DNA of 64,000 nt. It comes from Selaginella moellendorffii. Lineage: Eukaryota > Plantae > Lycopodiophyta. The notes under the pieces are model-generated. The model made no database searches and was not told where the DNA came from. It worked only from the letters and a program-made list of their open reading frames with translations. Positions 1 to 10,824 of this stretch are shown piece by piece (positions within the stretch are counted from its first letter, which is position 1; the number at the start of each line of letters is the position of its first letter). A program made the translations under genes and the position numbers. The DNA lies in the NCBI RefSeq assembly GCF_000143415.4, contig NW_003314314.1, positions 935,771 to 999,770 on the forward strand, given 5' to 3'.

Positions 1-64
1 CTACCATTTCTTTCCAGCTTTTTGTCATTTCTCTTCTTTTGCTCTTTCTTTTTCATTCATCTTC

Positions 65-1006
65 ATGGCTGATCCGCAATCTCCTCCTTTGACTCTAGAG
101 CAGCAGTTGGTTCAATTGCTTGATGCTATGCACTTGCAATTGAACAACCAAACTTAGTTGATGGCGGCGTTCACGGCACATGGTACAACTCCTACAACTC
201 CTTCTGCTCTTGGTGCCAATCCTCGCGTTCGGCCGGAGTTCTTTTATGGGAATCCTGGGGATGATGTGTATCATTGGTTCGATTACTTCACAGTGATTGC
301 CACATATCATTCTTGGGATGATGCTCGACGTTTGCGTGAGTTCCCCACATGTCTCCAAGGGACGGCATTGCAGTGGTACAATGGATTGAGCGCAGCCACT
401 CGTGGCGATTGGAGTGTTCTTCTGGACGTCTTCAAACGCGCCTTCGGACACGCTGATGATTGTGATGATGCCTTCCAACAATTGCATCATCTTCGCCAAG
501 GGCCATCTGAGTCGGTGATGCAATTTGGCATTCGTTTCCGAAGTCTTTTACTTTGTGCGGAACCAAATATGTCGGAGCGGATCAAGCTAGGAATGTTGTG
601 GCTAGCACTTCGTCAAGATCTTGTCGGACTTGTGCATGCACTTGCTCCTGCCACTCTTGACGATGCTCTTCGCTTGGCACAACGTTATGAGACGTCGCCT
701 CTTCCACTTTTTGCTACATGTCCTTTAGCTCCACTTCCTATGAGTGATGGTCCTGTTCCCATGGAGGTTGATGCTGCTGCTACTCGAGTCCAAGGACAAG
801 GGCGAGGACGTGGTCGTGGCCGTGATGTTCGTTGCTGGGCGTGTGATGAAGTTGGTCATACTTATCGGCATTGTCGGCGCTTTCCGGATTGGCGACCTCC
901 ATTTCCTGGGTGGAGACCTTGGCGTCAGCAACGTCCCGTTGGTGCTGCTGCGGTGGAAGGTTTGGATACCGAGGTGCATTCGGGAAACGAGGAGTCACGC
1001 GAGTAA
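65..1006 (+). pseudogene. gag: Retrotransposon Gag with CCHC zinc knuckle; premature TAG at 155-157
   Basis: MADPQSPPLT... begins at ATG 65. In-frame TAG sits where copy 2 has CAG (NNQTQLM). Knuckle CWACDEVGHTYRHC. ATG 161 could restart translation. Confidence 0.88.
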
Positions 1007-4000
1007 TGGAGGGACCTTGCGCGAATAAGTTAGTGACCCCTCCATCTTTCTTTCGGGAGTATCATCAAGAGGTTCACTCGGCACCAGTTCATCCAGTGTT
1101 TACTTTCCAAGCTCGTTTTTATAACAAGAGGTCTCCTATTCTTCTCTCCGTGTTGGTTGATACAGGTTCGAGTTTATCTTCTATTGCTCGACCTATTGCC
1201 ACACGTTGTCGTCTACACTTGCATCGTGCGGCGGATCCAGTTTTCATTCTTTATGGCAACAGCCGTACACATGCATGTGCACGAGATGAGGCGGATCTGG
1301 TTGTGCGTGTGGGTGATTTCGAGCTTGAGTTGCAGTCGTTGCGGGTGGTGCCGAGTCAAGCTTTTGACCTCATTCTTGGTATGGATTGGTTGCAGCGCAA
1401 TCATGCCAAGTGTGACTTTGAGGCTTCTCCCCCTTGTCTCATACTTCCTTATGTTTCATCCATTCCTCTCACTTCCGTACTTCTTCGTCCCTCTACTTTT
1501 ACCTCTGCTTCCATTACTTTTGTTCCCCCACTATTTCCTCTTGTGTCTCCATCTTGTTCTACTCTTCCCTTTTCCGATCCCTCCGATGATCTTTGTGTTG
1601 CAGCTATTGACCAGCTCATGAAGGAGTATTCTGATCTCTTTGACTTTGACCTATCGTCTGGGGCCAAGATTGCCACACGTCATCCCATTCCAACCGGGGA
1701 TGCTCGTCCAATCAAGGTTCCTGTTCGTCGTCGGTCACCCAAGGAGATCAAGATTTTACGTGCAAACGTCAAGGAGATGTTGGAGAAGGGTGTTATTCGG
1801 AAGTCGCGGAGTCCTTGGGCATGTGAACCTCATTTTGTGACGAAGCCTGATAGGAGTATTCGTTTCTGCATCGACTATCGTCCATTAAATGAACTGACGA
1901 TCCCGGACGTGTACCCTCTTCCTCACACTGCTGATCTCTTGGATCGTCTGGGGCGAAGTCGTTGGTTCACCAAGCTAGATCTTGCTTTTGGGTATTGGCA
2001 AGTACCGATGGCCGAAGAAGATATTCCTAAGACTACTTTTCGTACACCATTTGGTTTGTACGAGTTCTTGGTGATGCCATTTAGTTTGAACAATGCTCCA
2101 GCAACTTTTCAGCGGATGATGGACGAGGTTCTTTGCGATATGCCGGAGGTGACGGCTGACTTCATTGATGATGTCTTGATCCACTCGGAGGGGACGTGGG
2201 AGGAGCATGTTCGTGATGTTTGTAAAGTGTTGGATCAGCTACGCGACGTTGGTTTAAAGCTGAAGCGGTCAAAGTGCGTGTTTGGGTCCAAGGACACAAC
2301 TTATCTTGGGTACCGTATTTCTCGTGAGGGTTTGCAAGTTGATCCTGACAAACTTGTGGCTGTTCTAAAGTTCCCTACTCCGAAGTGTGTGAATGATGTG
2401 CAGCGTTTTTTGGGTAAGGTGCAGTATCTCGGTCGTTTTGTGGATCATCTTTCCGATCGCACTACACCATTGCGAGCGTTGCTGAAGTCATCAACGTCAT
2501 CTTTCATCTGGTCTCCAGATTGTGAGCGGGCGTTCGTGAATCTCAAAGAGCTATTGACGACTCCTCCGGTTTTGGCATATCCTGACTACACTCGACCTTT
2601 TATTTTGCGCGTGGATGCTTCTGACATCGGTCTTGGAGGTGTGTTGATGCAAGAGAGCTCGAGTGTGCCTGGTCAGTGCCATCCCATTGCATACATAAGC
2701 CGTACATTACAACCAGCGGAGATGAACTACTCCACGACAGAGAAGGAGTGTTTAGCAATAGTCTGGGGTTTCGAGAAACTTCATGCATATCTACATGGTT
2801 CTCGGACGTTACTTGAAGGTGACCATGCTGCTGTTACTTCATTATTGAAGCGGAAGAACCTGGTTGGTCGTACGGCTCGATGGGCTTTGAAGCTTCAGAT
2901 ATATGATTTCGATGTTGTTCATCGCCTAGGGAGTTCTATGGCTGATGCTGATGCCCTTTCTCGAGCTCCTCTTGCTTCTCCACTCACTTCTCATGTTTTT
3001 GACGAACCTGTTGTTCCAGCATCTGTGGATTTTCTAGATGAGGATTCTGTGCCGTCGGCGGTTGCTGTCCTTGACGTTCAGTGTCCACAGGGCGTAGAGC
3101 AAGATCTACCTTCTCTTGATGAGGTTCGCGAGGCTCAAAAGATTGAGCCGTGGATTCGAAGGCTTCGAGATGAGTTTGAGAATCCTGCATCACTTGCTGA
3201 TGACTTGCCTTTCCGGCATTTACATTCTCAATATCACCTTGAAGATGGCCTTCTTTATTTTGTGGGGACGGATCCTGATGATCATTTACGGCTGGTGGTG
3301 CCTTCGGTGTTTATTCCGCGGTTTCTCCATGCCTACCATGATTCTCCTGTTCTAGGTGGGCATATGGGACACCGTCGTGTCACTGAGAAGCTGCGTAGGT
3401 CTTTCTATTGGCTAGAGATGCGACGTGATATTATCCGGTATGTGCGTAGCTGCGTTTGGTGCCAAGCTCGTAATACTCCCCCTTGTGCTGCGGAAGGACG
3501 GTTGGAGTCAATTGCAGTTTCCCGTCCGTTTGAGTTGGTGGCGTTTGATCTTATGGGACCTTTTCCACGATCGATTGCTGGCAATGAGTATGTTATTATT
3601 GCTTCTGACTACTTGACTCGTTGGGTGGAAGTTGGTGCTCTTGCTAGTGCCTCTGCAACTGCTGTTGGATACTTCCTCCTCAATCGAGTGGTGTTCCAGC
3701 ATTCTTGTCCAGAGCAGATTCTTTCGGATAATGGTCCTGCATTTATGGCTGAGGTATTTCATGTTTTGACATCTCGATTGGGGATACGCCACACTTTTAC
3801 GAGTGTTTATCATCCACAATCAGACGGTCTGGTGGAACGGCTCATTCGGACATTCAAAGGGATGATAGCGAAGTATGTGAACTTTCAGCATTCGGATTGG
3901 GATAGTTATTTGCCGTCTCTTCGGTATGCCTATGTCACAGGGGTGCAGAGTTCTGTTGGTGCTTCACCATATAAACTTCTATATGGTCATGATCCAATAT

Positions 4001-4326
4001 TACCAACGGAGCTGGGTTTACCTTCGCGGTTGCCACGAGTTCCTGATGCTAGGTCATGGGATCAATATTTGACAAGCATTCTTCCACTTGTCCGCGCAGA
4101 GTCTGCTGAACACTTAGGCCGCGTACACGTGGGACAACAACGGCGCTACAATTCCCATCATCGTCCACCTGCAGAGTACAAAGTGGATGATTTGGTGTTG
4201 GTCCGTTTTCCCCATCTTACGGTACGTGGTTTATCTAAGGGGCTCCTTGCGCAGTGGAAAGGACCGTATCGGGTGTTGCGGCAAGTTGGACCACAAGTTT
4301 ATGAGGTTCGGCATGACGTTCAGTAG
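988..4326 (+). CDS. pol: Retrotransposon Pol (protease, RT, RNase H, integrase) in the -1 frame relative to gag; ends early at a CAG>TAG change
   Basis: LVDTGS protease; RT motifs RFCIDYRPLN, KLDLAFGYWQV, FIDD; RNase H VDASDIGLGGVL; integrase HHCC, DLMGP, SDNG, GPY. Copy 2 reads through the TAG at 4324 (HDVQQANPP...). Confidence 0.92.
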   Translation, partial: RGVTRVMEGPCANKLVTPPSFFREYHQEVHSAPVHPVFTFQARFYNKRSPILLSVLVDTGSSLSSIARPIATRCRLHLHRAADPVFILYGNSRTHACARDEADLVVRVGDFELELQSLRVVPSQAFDLILGMDWLQRNHAKCDFEASPPCLILPYVSSIPLTSVLLRPSTFTSASITFVPPLFPLVSPSCSTLPFSDPSDDLCVAAIDQLMKEYSDLFDFDLSSGAKIATRHPIPTGDARPIKVPVRRRSPKEIKILRANVKEMLEKGVIRKSRSPWACEPHFVTKPDRSIRFCIDYRPLNELTIPDVYPLPHTADLLDRLGRSRWFTKLDLAFGYWQVPMAEEDIPKTTFRTPFGLYEFLVMPFSLNNAPATFQRMMDEVLCDMPEVTADFIDDVLIHSEGTWEEHVRDVCKVLDQLRDVGLKLKRSKCVFGSKDTTYLGYRISREGLQVDPDKLVAVLKFPTPKCVNDVQRFLGKVQYLGRFVDHLSDRTTPLRALLKSSTSSFIWSPDCERAFVNLKELLTTPPVLAYPDYTRPFILRVDASDIGLGGVLMQESSSVPGQCHPIAYISRTLQPAEMNYSTTEKECLAIVWGFEKLHAYLHGSRTLLEGDHAAVTSLLKRKNLVGRTARWALKLQIYDFDVVHRLGSSMADADALSRAPLASPLTSHVFDEPVVPASVDFLDEDSVPSAVAVLDVQCPQGVEQDLPSLDEVREAQKIEPWIRRLRDEFENPASLADDLPFRHLHSQYHLEDGLLYFVGTDPDDHLRLVVPSVFIPRFLHAYHDSPVLGGHMGHRRVTEKLRRSFYWLEMRRDIIRYVRSCVWCQARNTPPCAAEGRLESIAVSRPFELVAFDLMGPFPRSIAGNEYVIIASDYLTRWVEVGALASASATAVGYFLLNRVVFQHSCPEQILSDNGPAFMAEVFHVLTSRLGIRHTFTSVYHPQSDGLVERLIRTFKGMIAKYVNFQHSDWDSYLPSLRYAYVTGVQSSVGASPYKLLYGHDPILPTELGLPSRLPRVPDARSWDQYLTSILPLVRAESAEHLGRVHVGQQRRYNSHHRPPAEYKVDDLVLVRFPHLTVRGLSKGLLAQWKGPYRVLRQVGPQVYEVRHDVQ

Positions 4327-4502
4327 GCCGATCCTCCGGAGATTGTGCATGTGCAGCAGTTAAAACGCTTCATACAAAGGGATCAGGAGCAGTTAGTACC
4401 GTCTACAGATCCGCCGATGCCTCCTCCTGACGTTCCTCTAGATCCTGGCCCATCTACAAGAGAACCCTGATGGCCTTCCATTATTCCGAGAGGAGGGGAT
4501 GA

Positions 4503-4677
4503 TGTGAGGGCCAAGTGTACGGCTACGATGCCGTATACTAATATTAGCGTAGTGGGATTTTGGTAGCCGTCGGATTGGTTTCAATCTGGACCACTCGCTC
4601 CTGTATATAAGCTAGGGTTTTTAGGCTAATTGATATGCACATTTCTGTATTCTCTTTCCATATTCCATGCACTCACA
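4503..4677 (+). repeat. 3' LTR (175 bp) of gypsy copy 1
   Basis: TGTGAG...CTCACA termini; internal TATATAA and a telo-box-like TAGGGTTT; highly similar to the reverse complements of 33009-33182 and 46308-46481. Confidence 0.93.
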
Positions 4678-4678
4678 C

Positions 4679-5512
4679 CTCAATGTGCTAAAATAGAAAA
4701 CCCCCAGGACTACTGCATCCGCTAGTATGAATGGCCTTTGAATGGATTCATGATGGTCATGATGCTCATACATGTGATGGGCCATAACAGGCACACATGG
4801 CATGTTACAAGCAAAGGTTAGTATTTGTAGATCAAGGATCTCTCTTGGTCTCCCAAAACACAGCGATCTGGAGAGGTATGGTTTGATCTGTAAAAAAGGA
4901 ATTTGAATTTCATGTAGGCGTCATTTAGGTGCCAGGAACACCAATTCTGACTAAAGTTGCGAGGCTTATACTTGTATCTGATATGCTTCATAACATCCCG
5001 TGAAGAATAACAGTTATTATGGAGAGTTTCAATGACTATAATATAACAGGACAAATAACACCCGAAGCTCTAAAGGATCATATTTTATCGTGAACACTGT
5101 GCTTCTGAGTTCCTGGACGAGGAATTGTACGGAAATGCATTAACAATGTCACGAGAAAAACCATTTGCAAAAGAATATTCCTTTCAAATGTACAAAGAAA
5201 TATAAAGCCCTTTCAGGGCATCAGACAACAATGTCAAGCATAAGCCTCGCAACTTTAGTTAGAATTGGTGTTCCTGGCACCTACATGATGCCTACATGAA
5301 ATTCAAATTCCTTTTTTACAGATCAAACCATACCTCTCCAGATCGCTGTGTTTTGGGAGACCAAGAGAGATCCTTGATCTACAAATACTAACCTTTGCTT
5401 GTAACATGCCATGTGTGCCTGTTATGGCCCATCACATGTATGAGCATCATGACCATCATGAATCCATTCATACTAGTCTTGGGGGTTTTGCAGCCTATTT
5501 CAGCACATTGAG
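4679..5512. repeat. Long inverted repeat (foldback or MITE-like): arms ~4679-4974 and ~5235-5512, spacer ~260 bp
   Basis: GATGGTCATGATGCTCATACATGTGATGGGCC... in the left arm is the reverse complement of ...GGCCCATCACATGTATGAGCATCATGACCATC in the right arm; nearly continuous pairing over about 235 bp. Confidence 0.9.
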
Positions 5513-5644
5513 AGAAATATGAAAAAAAAATTAAAAAATGCGGAAGGGTATAATCTGGGAATATACCCTATGTAGTTTGCCAGGTGTGGGATGATCAGTT
5601 TGTCTTACTGTAATCACATCAAACAAGAAATTTAGAATCCTATG

Positions 5645-7038
5645 TTACTTCTCTTGCAAACTCCAACCATCGAAGGTATGAATCACAACTTCGTACTTTT
5701 CGTTAATCCATTCGCCCCTCCGAGAAAGCCAAATATAATGTGAATCATCACAAATCAACCAACCGTCAAACTTATCATCAGTTGCAATCTGTGTCCTCCA
5801 GAATCGATTAAATGGAAAAGGCAGACGTCCATTCTTCACAAGAAAATCCTGGAACCGCAGTGCAATATTCCCTGAAAATCTGGTAATTAGAATCTGCAGG
5901 ACCGCTTCCATTGTAATCTTATCCAAACGCCAGAAAGTCCAATGCTGCAGAAGCAAACTCAACCGAGAAGAGAAAACCACAATGTCCCGCAAGCCCTGCA
6001 CATCCTGAATCACTGTAGCTGATGACTGCATAGGTGGAGTCTTCAAACATGTAGATACCATCTCTCTGGTAGCAGGCATACTAGTGTCAAGTACTTTCCT
6101 CTCATTAACTGGTGGATGAAGCTGATATCGATGGACTGGCTTGTGTCTTTGACCTTTAAGCTCCAAGACATATGAAACCACAGTCTTCCTCAAAGAAGAG
6201 ACAGGAACTTGCAATTCCGTTGAGACAATCCTCTCCGCAGATAAAAGAAGTGCCTTCTTTTTCCTTTTCCACTCCTGGACCTGTAGCTGCTCCAACAATT
6301 TGACCCTCTTTCTTTCCTGGCCTTCATCTTCATCATTGACCTGCTGCTCCTCCTTGGCCCGTTGAGGATCCTCATCCGCCTGCTCACATTCCTCTAAATA
6401 TTTCGTTACGTCCTGCACCTTCAAATCCCAGAGAATGCCAGGGTATGTGACTGAGAGTAAAGTTTTGTGCGGAAAGAGACTTTGAAAGTACACACACCGG
6501 GCCTTCGTATCAAGTGCTTGGAGCTCCTCTGCAATCAACCTTGTTACAGCGTAGGACAGCTTCGTTGTGATGTTGTCAAGAACATCATAAAGAACAAGAG
6601 TATCAGCAGCTCGTTTAAGACCCTGGACAACATGCTTCATGTGTCCCAAGTTCTTGGACCTCCTTCTTGAGCATCTCAAGCTCCCGTCGCTGGAAAAGAA
6701 GTCTTGATGTCTTCTTCAATCCTGGTTAACCGACCTTCAGACACAAGCGGTAAACCCCGTGGCTGTAATTGAATGGGCAGCTGCTTCTGGATTTCCTCCT
6801 GAATCTTGGGCTGCTTCTCAGCCTCCTCTTGAATCTCGGGCTGTCTCACTGTTTCCTCATGTCCCACTGTTTCCTCATGGCTCACTGTTTCCTTGGGCTG
6901 CGGATTTACCTCTTCAATATCCATGGAAAGACCAAAATCTTCATCTGGTTTGTGACTTTCCCCTGTAGAGATTCTACGCTTACGACGGGTAAGAGTCTTA
7001 CTCTTGGGATCCAGAGGTACATAGATCATAAGCGCCAT
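5645..7038 (-). pseudogene. Hypothetical protein, apparently double-frameshifted near 6640-6700; C-terminus weakly Ulp1/C48-protease-like
   Basis: ORFs 6676-7038 and 5645-6679 can be joined through a short third-frame coiled-coil segment (FQRRELEMLKKEVQEL). C-terminal FWRLDKITMEAVL...SHYIWL...VIHTFDG. Confidence 0.4.
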
Positions 7039-7166
7039 ACCACAATAGGAAGGAGGAGAAAATCCACGTCTTTCCTAGAACTCTAGCTCCTTTCTTAGTG
7101 TCATAACGAGCCAGTGGAATATTCGCTATTTTAACAAACTAGGGCTCTGTTTTTAGGGTTTATGCA

Positions 7167-8239
7167 ATGAGGGTGAAGAGGCAGAAGCGCTACCGCAAGG
7201 CCGTGCGCTTCCTCAAGGCTTCGTTTGGCTTCCGGGAGCCCTTCAAAGTCCTCTGTGACGGTAATTTTCAGCACTCTGTCCTCCACAACATTCGCAAAGG
7301 CAGCGAAGACTTCGACAAGCTCTTGTCGCAGGCGCTGGGAGGAGCCGCCAAGGCGTTTACTACCAGGTCTGCGGTAAAATGTAGCTATCCACTGGAAGAA
7401 AAACGAAGAGAATTTCTTCTATCAGGTGTATCAATGCGGAGCTTAAAAAGCTTGGGACTTCTTTCTCGGACACTCTAAATGCTGCTCGAAAGCTTCATCT
7501 TGCCAAGTAGGAAAACTGCTTTCGTTGTTTTGTTCTTCTCGGTTATAGAAAACTTTGTTGGTTTGTTCTATAGGTGCGATCACGAGCCTGCAAAAGGAGG
7601 GAGCGAGTGCTTGGAGTCGCTCGTGGAGAGCTTCAATCCGGAGCATTTTTTTGTGGCAACACAAGATGGTGATTTACGCCAGAAGCTTCGAGTCGTAAGA
7701 ATATTTTTCTTCCTCGTTTCTCTCTTTCGAAGATCACGATTTCTGTTTCTCTAGATGCCTGGTTGCGCTGTTGTCTACTCGAAGAAAACGTCGCTGTGTG
7801 TGGAACCGCCGTCAGAGTTCCAGCAGCAGTTTGCTAAGGAAGAGGAAAGCAAACGCGAAAGTTTGAAGTGTCGAGAGCAGCGACTTCTCTCTCATACCTC
7901 CGAGGACGAGGAACTTCCAAAGCGAAGCAAAAGTTTGATGGTGAGAGACCGGCCAACGTTCAAGAGAAAGCGAGCAAAAGTAAGTGTTTCTCGCTTCGTT
8001 TTAGTTCTTCTTCGCTAAGAAAGAGGTCATCGTCGCAGGGACCAAATCCACTTTCTTGCAAGAAAAAGAAACAAGTTCCAGAAGTAAGAGTTCTTTCTTC
8101 TCTAAGATGACAGCTAAACATGAAAATGGTGTTGCAGGCATCAAACGATGGAGAGAGGTCTTCCCGGAAGAAAGTAAGGAGGAGAAATCGCAAGAAAAAC
8201 AGCGTAAAAGAGGACGTGATCCATAAATCTCCTGCTTGA
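7167..8239 (+). CDS. UTP23: rRNA-processing protein UTP23 homologue (PIN-like), multi-exon
   Basis: MRVKRQKRYRKAVRFLKASFGFREPFKVLCDGNF; HFFVATQDGDLRQKL; KRKRAKGPNPLSCKKK; short GT-AG introns; telo-box upstream. Confidence 0.88.
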
Positions 8240-8479
8240 GGTACATCTTTCGATTTTTCTTTTCTACACAGCTCAAGTTCTAGATCTTTGAAAGCCCGCG
8301 ACGACTAATCGAGATGGATCGATTTATTGAGGGCTCCATCCAAGAAAAAAGAGATGCTCACGGTTTTCTTCCTTCCATTCACGAGAGTGATCGAAGAATT
8401 CTTTTTTCTAAAGGTGTTTCTAGCTCACTGGTTTCGAAAGAAAAAAGAAAATCCGAGAGTGCTGATAATCATTAAAACG

Positions 8480-8554
8480 CCGTGGTCGAACCATGGTGTA
8501 ACCGTGGTGTGACCATGGTGAACCGTGGTGTGACCGTGGTGTAACCGCGGTTAC
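8480..8554. repeat. 10-11 bp minisatellite (CCRTGGTGTRA)n directly upstream of the TMA7 TATA box
   Basis: CCATGGTGTAA CCGTGGTGTGA CCATGGTGAA CCGTGGTGTGA CCGTGGTGTAA, then TATATATAA at ~8561. Confidence 0.75.
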
Positions 8555-8655
8555 TGGGTGTATATATAATAGCCCTAGGAGCAAAAGAAGAGGTCAAGAG
8601 GAGAGCGAGAGGGGAGGTCTAGGAGCTTGGCGCTCGGTGATTTTGGAAGGAGATC

Positions 8656-9150
8656 ATGTCGAGCAAGCAAGGTAATGCTATCGATTCCCTTCCCGATGCT
8701 CTAGGGTTGATTGATTGTGGAGATTGCGAGCGCTTTGTTTCCCTCGGTCTCCGGTTTAGATTCTCGGAATTTCTCCCGTCTCTTCTAGATCTCGGCTGTT
8801 CTTCTCTAGCCCTCCGCATTGCCGCTCTAATGTTTCGATTGTCCAGGTGGGAAGTTGAAGCCTCTCAAAGCTCCCAAATCCGACAAGAAGGATTACGACG
8901 AGGTAAGAGAAGAAGATCTTTCTTTTGGTTGCGCTTGCGCTGATCGATCGTCGCTTGGGCTTTCACAGGAGGATAAGGCGCACATCGCGAAGAAGAAAGA
9001 AGAGGAGAAGGTAATTCCTTCCACGGCTCCTACTTATCTTCTTCCATTTCTCCCTCTTTTCTTTGGCAGGCAATGAAGGAACTCAAGAGCAAGGCCTCCG
9101 GGAAAGGCCCTCTCACCAGTGGCGGCATCAAAAAGAGTGGGAAGAAGTAG
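8656..9150 (+). CDS. TMA7: Translation machinery-associated protein 7, 4 exons
   Basis: Spliced product [64 protein letters not shown]. Confidence 0.9.
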
Positions 9151-9396
9151 CCCCGTACGGCCTTCGTACGGTATGGCTGTAAAATCCCCTTCCGTAATGA
9201 CAAGCTAAGTCGCATTTTGTGTCGTCCTAGTCAGTTGCCACGTTGCGAAAAGTCCTGACGTGTTAAGACCATATTATTCTCAATTAAATAATCTCTTTAT
9301 TTCTTAATCGGTCCAATCAGCTGCCACGTTGCAAATCCACTCACAAGAAGATGACGTGTCACAGCATCCCGTACTGCCACGTAAAGGCTACTTTGC

Positions 9397-10713
9397 CTAC
9401 TTGTCTTTTACCTGTAACGCGCTTCGTATCCACTTCTCTACCATTTGCTGAGAGTTCACGCCTTGATCGGCTGGGACTAGGTGCCCGGCGCCCGAAACTA
9501 CAACGTGAGTGAGCGTTCCATAGCTCCTCCAATACCCCGCGAAGGATTTCCCAACTTTCCAGATCTTCTTCTCGGCCGCGAAGAACTTCTCTCGGTGCTC
9601 CCACTCGAGCTGTCGCATCCAGTCCTCGGAAGCAACCACGCCGTCTTTGATGTCGTACTGCCCCTGGTAGATCAAGATCGGGATCTCGAGCAGCAGCTCC
9701 TCGACCATCCACTTGACACTCTTCATCGTGTCGTTGGCCATGATCGTCCTCACCCGAGGATTGCAAGAGATCCACTGCGCCGCATCGTCGGCCTTGAGCG
9801 CCGCTTTCACTTCCTGGCGATTGAGGAACAAGGCCAGGAACTCGGTTCCATCCTCCGAGCAGTGGTATGGAACGCTCCTTCTCACGTCCAGGACTGTTGC
9901 CAACCCGGTGACGTTCTCGATCCATTCCATGTACTGTGTTCTTGATTCGTAGGCGCCCTGCCAGTCTTCTCTCTCGATCGATGCCACCACCACCTTTGCT
10001 CGATCTTCCGCGTGGGATCTCTGGGCAGCGTCGAGCAGACCAAAGCTATAAGCAGTGGCGGCGTGGGTCTGGACCTGGGTGATCGGATGCGTGAGACCAT
10101 TGCCGATCATCAAGCCATCCAGCCGGAAAGAAGAGTTCTTGGAAGAGTTCTTGGATAGCTTCACCAAGTAGTGACCAAGAGCTGGGACGTATTTTCCAGC
10201 GTAGCTCTCCCCGGCGATGAAGAAAGGCCGGTTCTTGAACGAAGGATCAAGCTTGAAGAATTGGAGTAGAGCTTGATGGAGGTCTCGAGCAACCTCGTCT
10301 TGATTCACTGGAATATCATCGTCTTTCTCAGCGATGCTGTACCCTGTTCCTAGCGGATTATCGATGAAGACAACACCAAACCTGTGATTCCAGGGCGCTT
10401 CGTTCCGGTGGAGCTGGAGATCCGGCGCCGTCCTCCAGGGACCAAATTCGTAGAAATTTCCAGTCATGCTTGAGCAGCCAGGGCCGCCTTGCAGCCACAG
10501 GATGATCGGCGTCGACGCCAGCGCCTCGGCAGGCTCGATTGCCTCGTAATAGGCGAAGAACATCTTGGAAGAGCGATCGAGAGGGAAATAGCCGGAGATT
10601 GTCGGCAGCGCCTCGGTCGGGAAGGGAGAAGAGACTTGATCATGGAGGAATTTGAAGGGATAGAACGCTCCTCCAGCTACCGCTGCCAGAATCACAGCCA
10701 AAGCGGAGATCAT
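9397..10713 (-). CDS. Serine carboxypeptidase-like protein (family S10, SCPL50/CPVL-type), intronless
   Basis: Signal peptide; WLQGGPGCSS; FIDNPLGTGYS; GESYAG nucleophile; AGHLVP. Confidence 0.93.
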   Translation of the reverse strand: MISALAVILAAVAGGAFYPFKFLHDQVSSPFPTEALPTISGYFPLDRSSKMFFAYYEAIEPAEALASTPIILWLQGGPGCSSMTGNFYEFGPWRTAPDLQLHRNEAPWNHRFGVVFIDNPLGTGYSIAEKDDDIPVNQDEVARDLHQALLQFFKLDPSFKNRPFFIAGESYAGKYVPALGHYLVKLSKNSSKNSSFRLDGLMIGNGLTHPITQVQTHAATAYSFGLLDAAQRSHAEDRAKVVVASIEREDWQGAYESRTQYMEWIENVTGLATVLDVRRSVPYHCSEDGTEFLALFLNRQEVKAALKADDAAQWISCNPRVRTIMANDTMKSVKWMVEELLLEIPILIYQGQYDIKDGVVASEDWMRQLEWEHREKFFAAEKKIWKVGKSFAGYWRSYGTLTHVVVSGAGHLVPADQGVNSQQMVEKWIRSALQVKDK

Positions 10714-10824
10714 CGTTCGGGGAAGAAACCCTAGCGACAAACAGTAAATTAAGGCGTAAAAAACGGCGGGAAATCTCAACAGAAATTTAGGCTTAGGGTT
10801 CTTCGCGTGGAAACTACCCGAGAG

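Larger units (their letters stand above)
1..4677 (+). mobile_element. Ty3/gypsy LTR retrotransposon, copy 1 (5' end beyond window), short-LTR non-chromovirus type, with nonsense mutations
   Basis: gag then PR-RT-RH-INT (gypsy order). PPT GAGAGGAGGGGATGA at 4488-4502, then a TGTGAG...CTCACA LTR at 4503-4677 matching the LTRs at 33009 and 46308. Confidence 0.95.

Noticed and set aside
1004-1008. TAATG stop-restart coupling of gag and pol
   Set aside because: Copy 2 has TAACG, whereas the slippery heptamer and pseudoknot are conserved in both copies.
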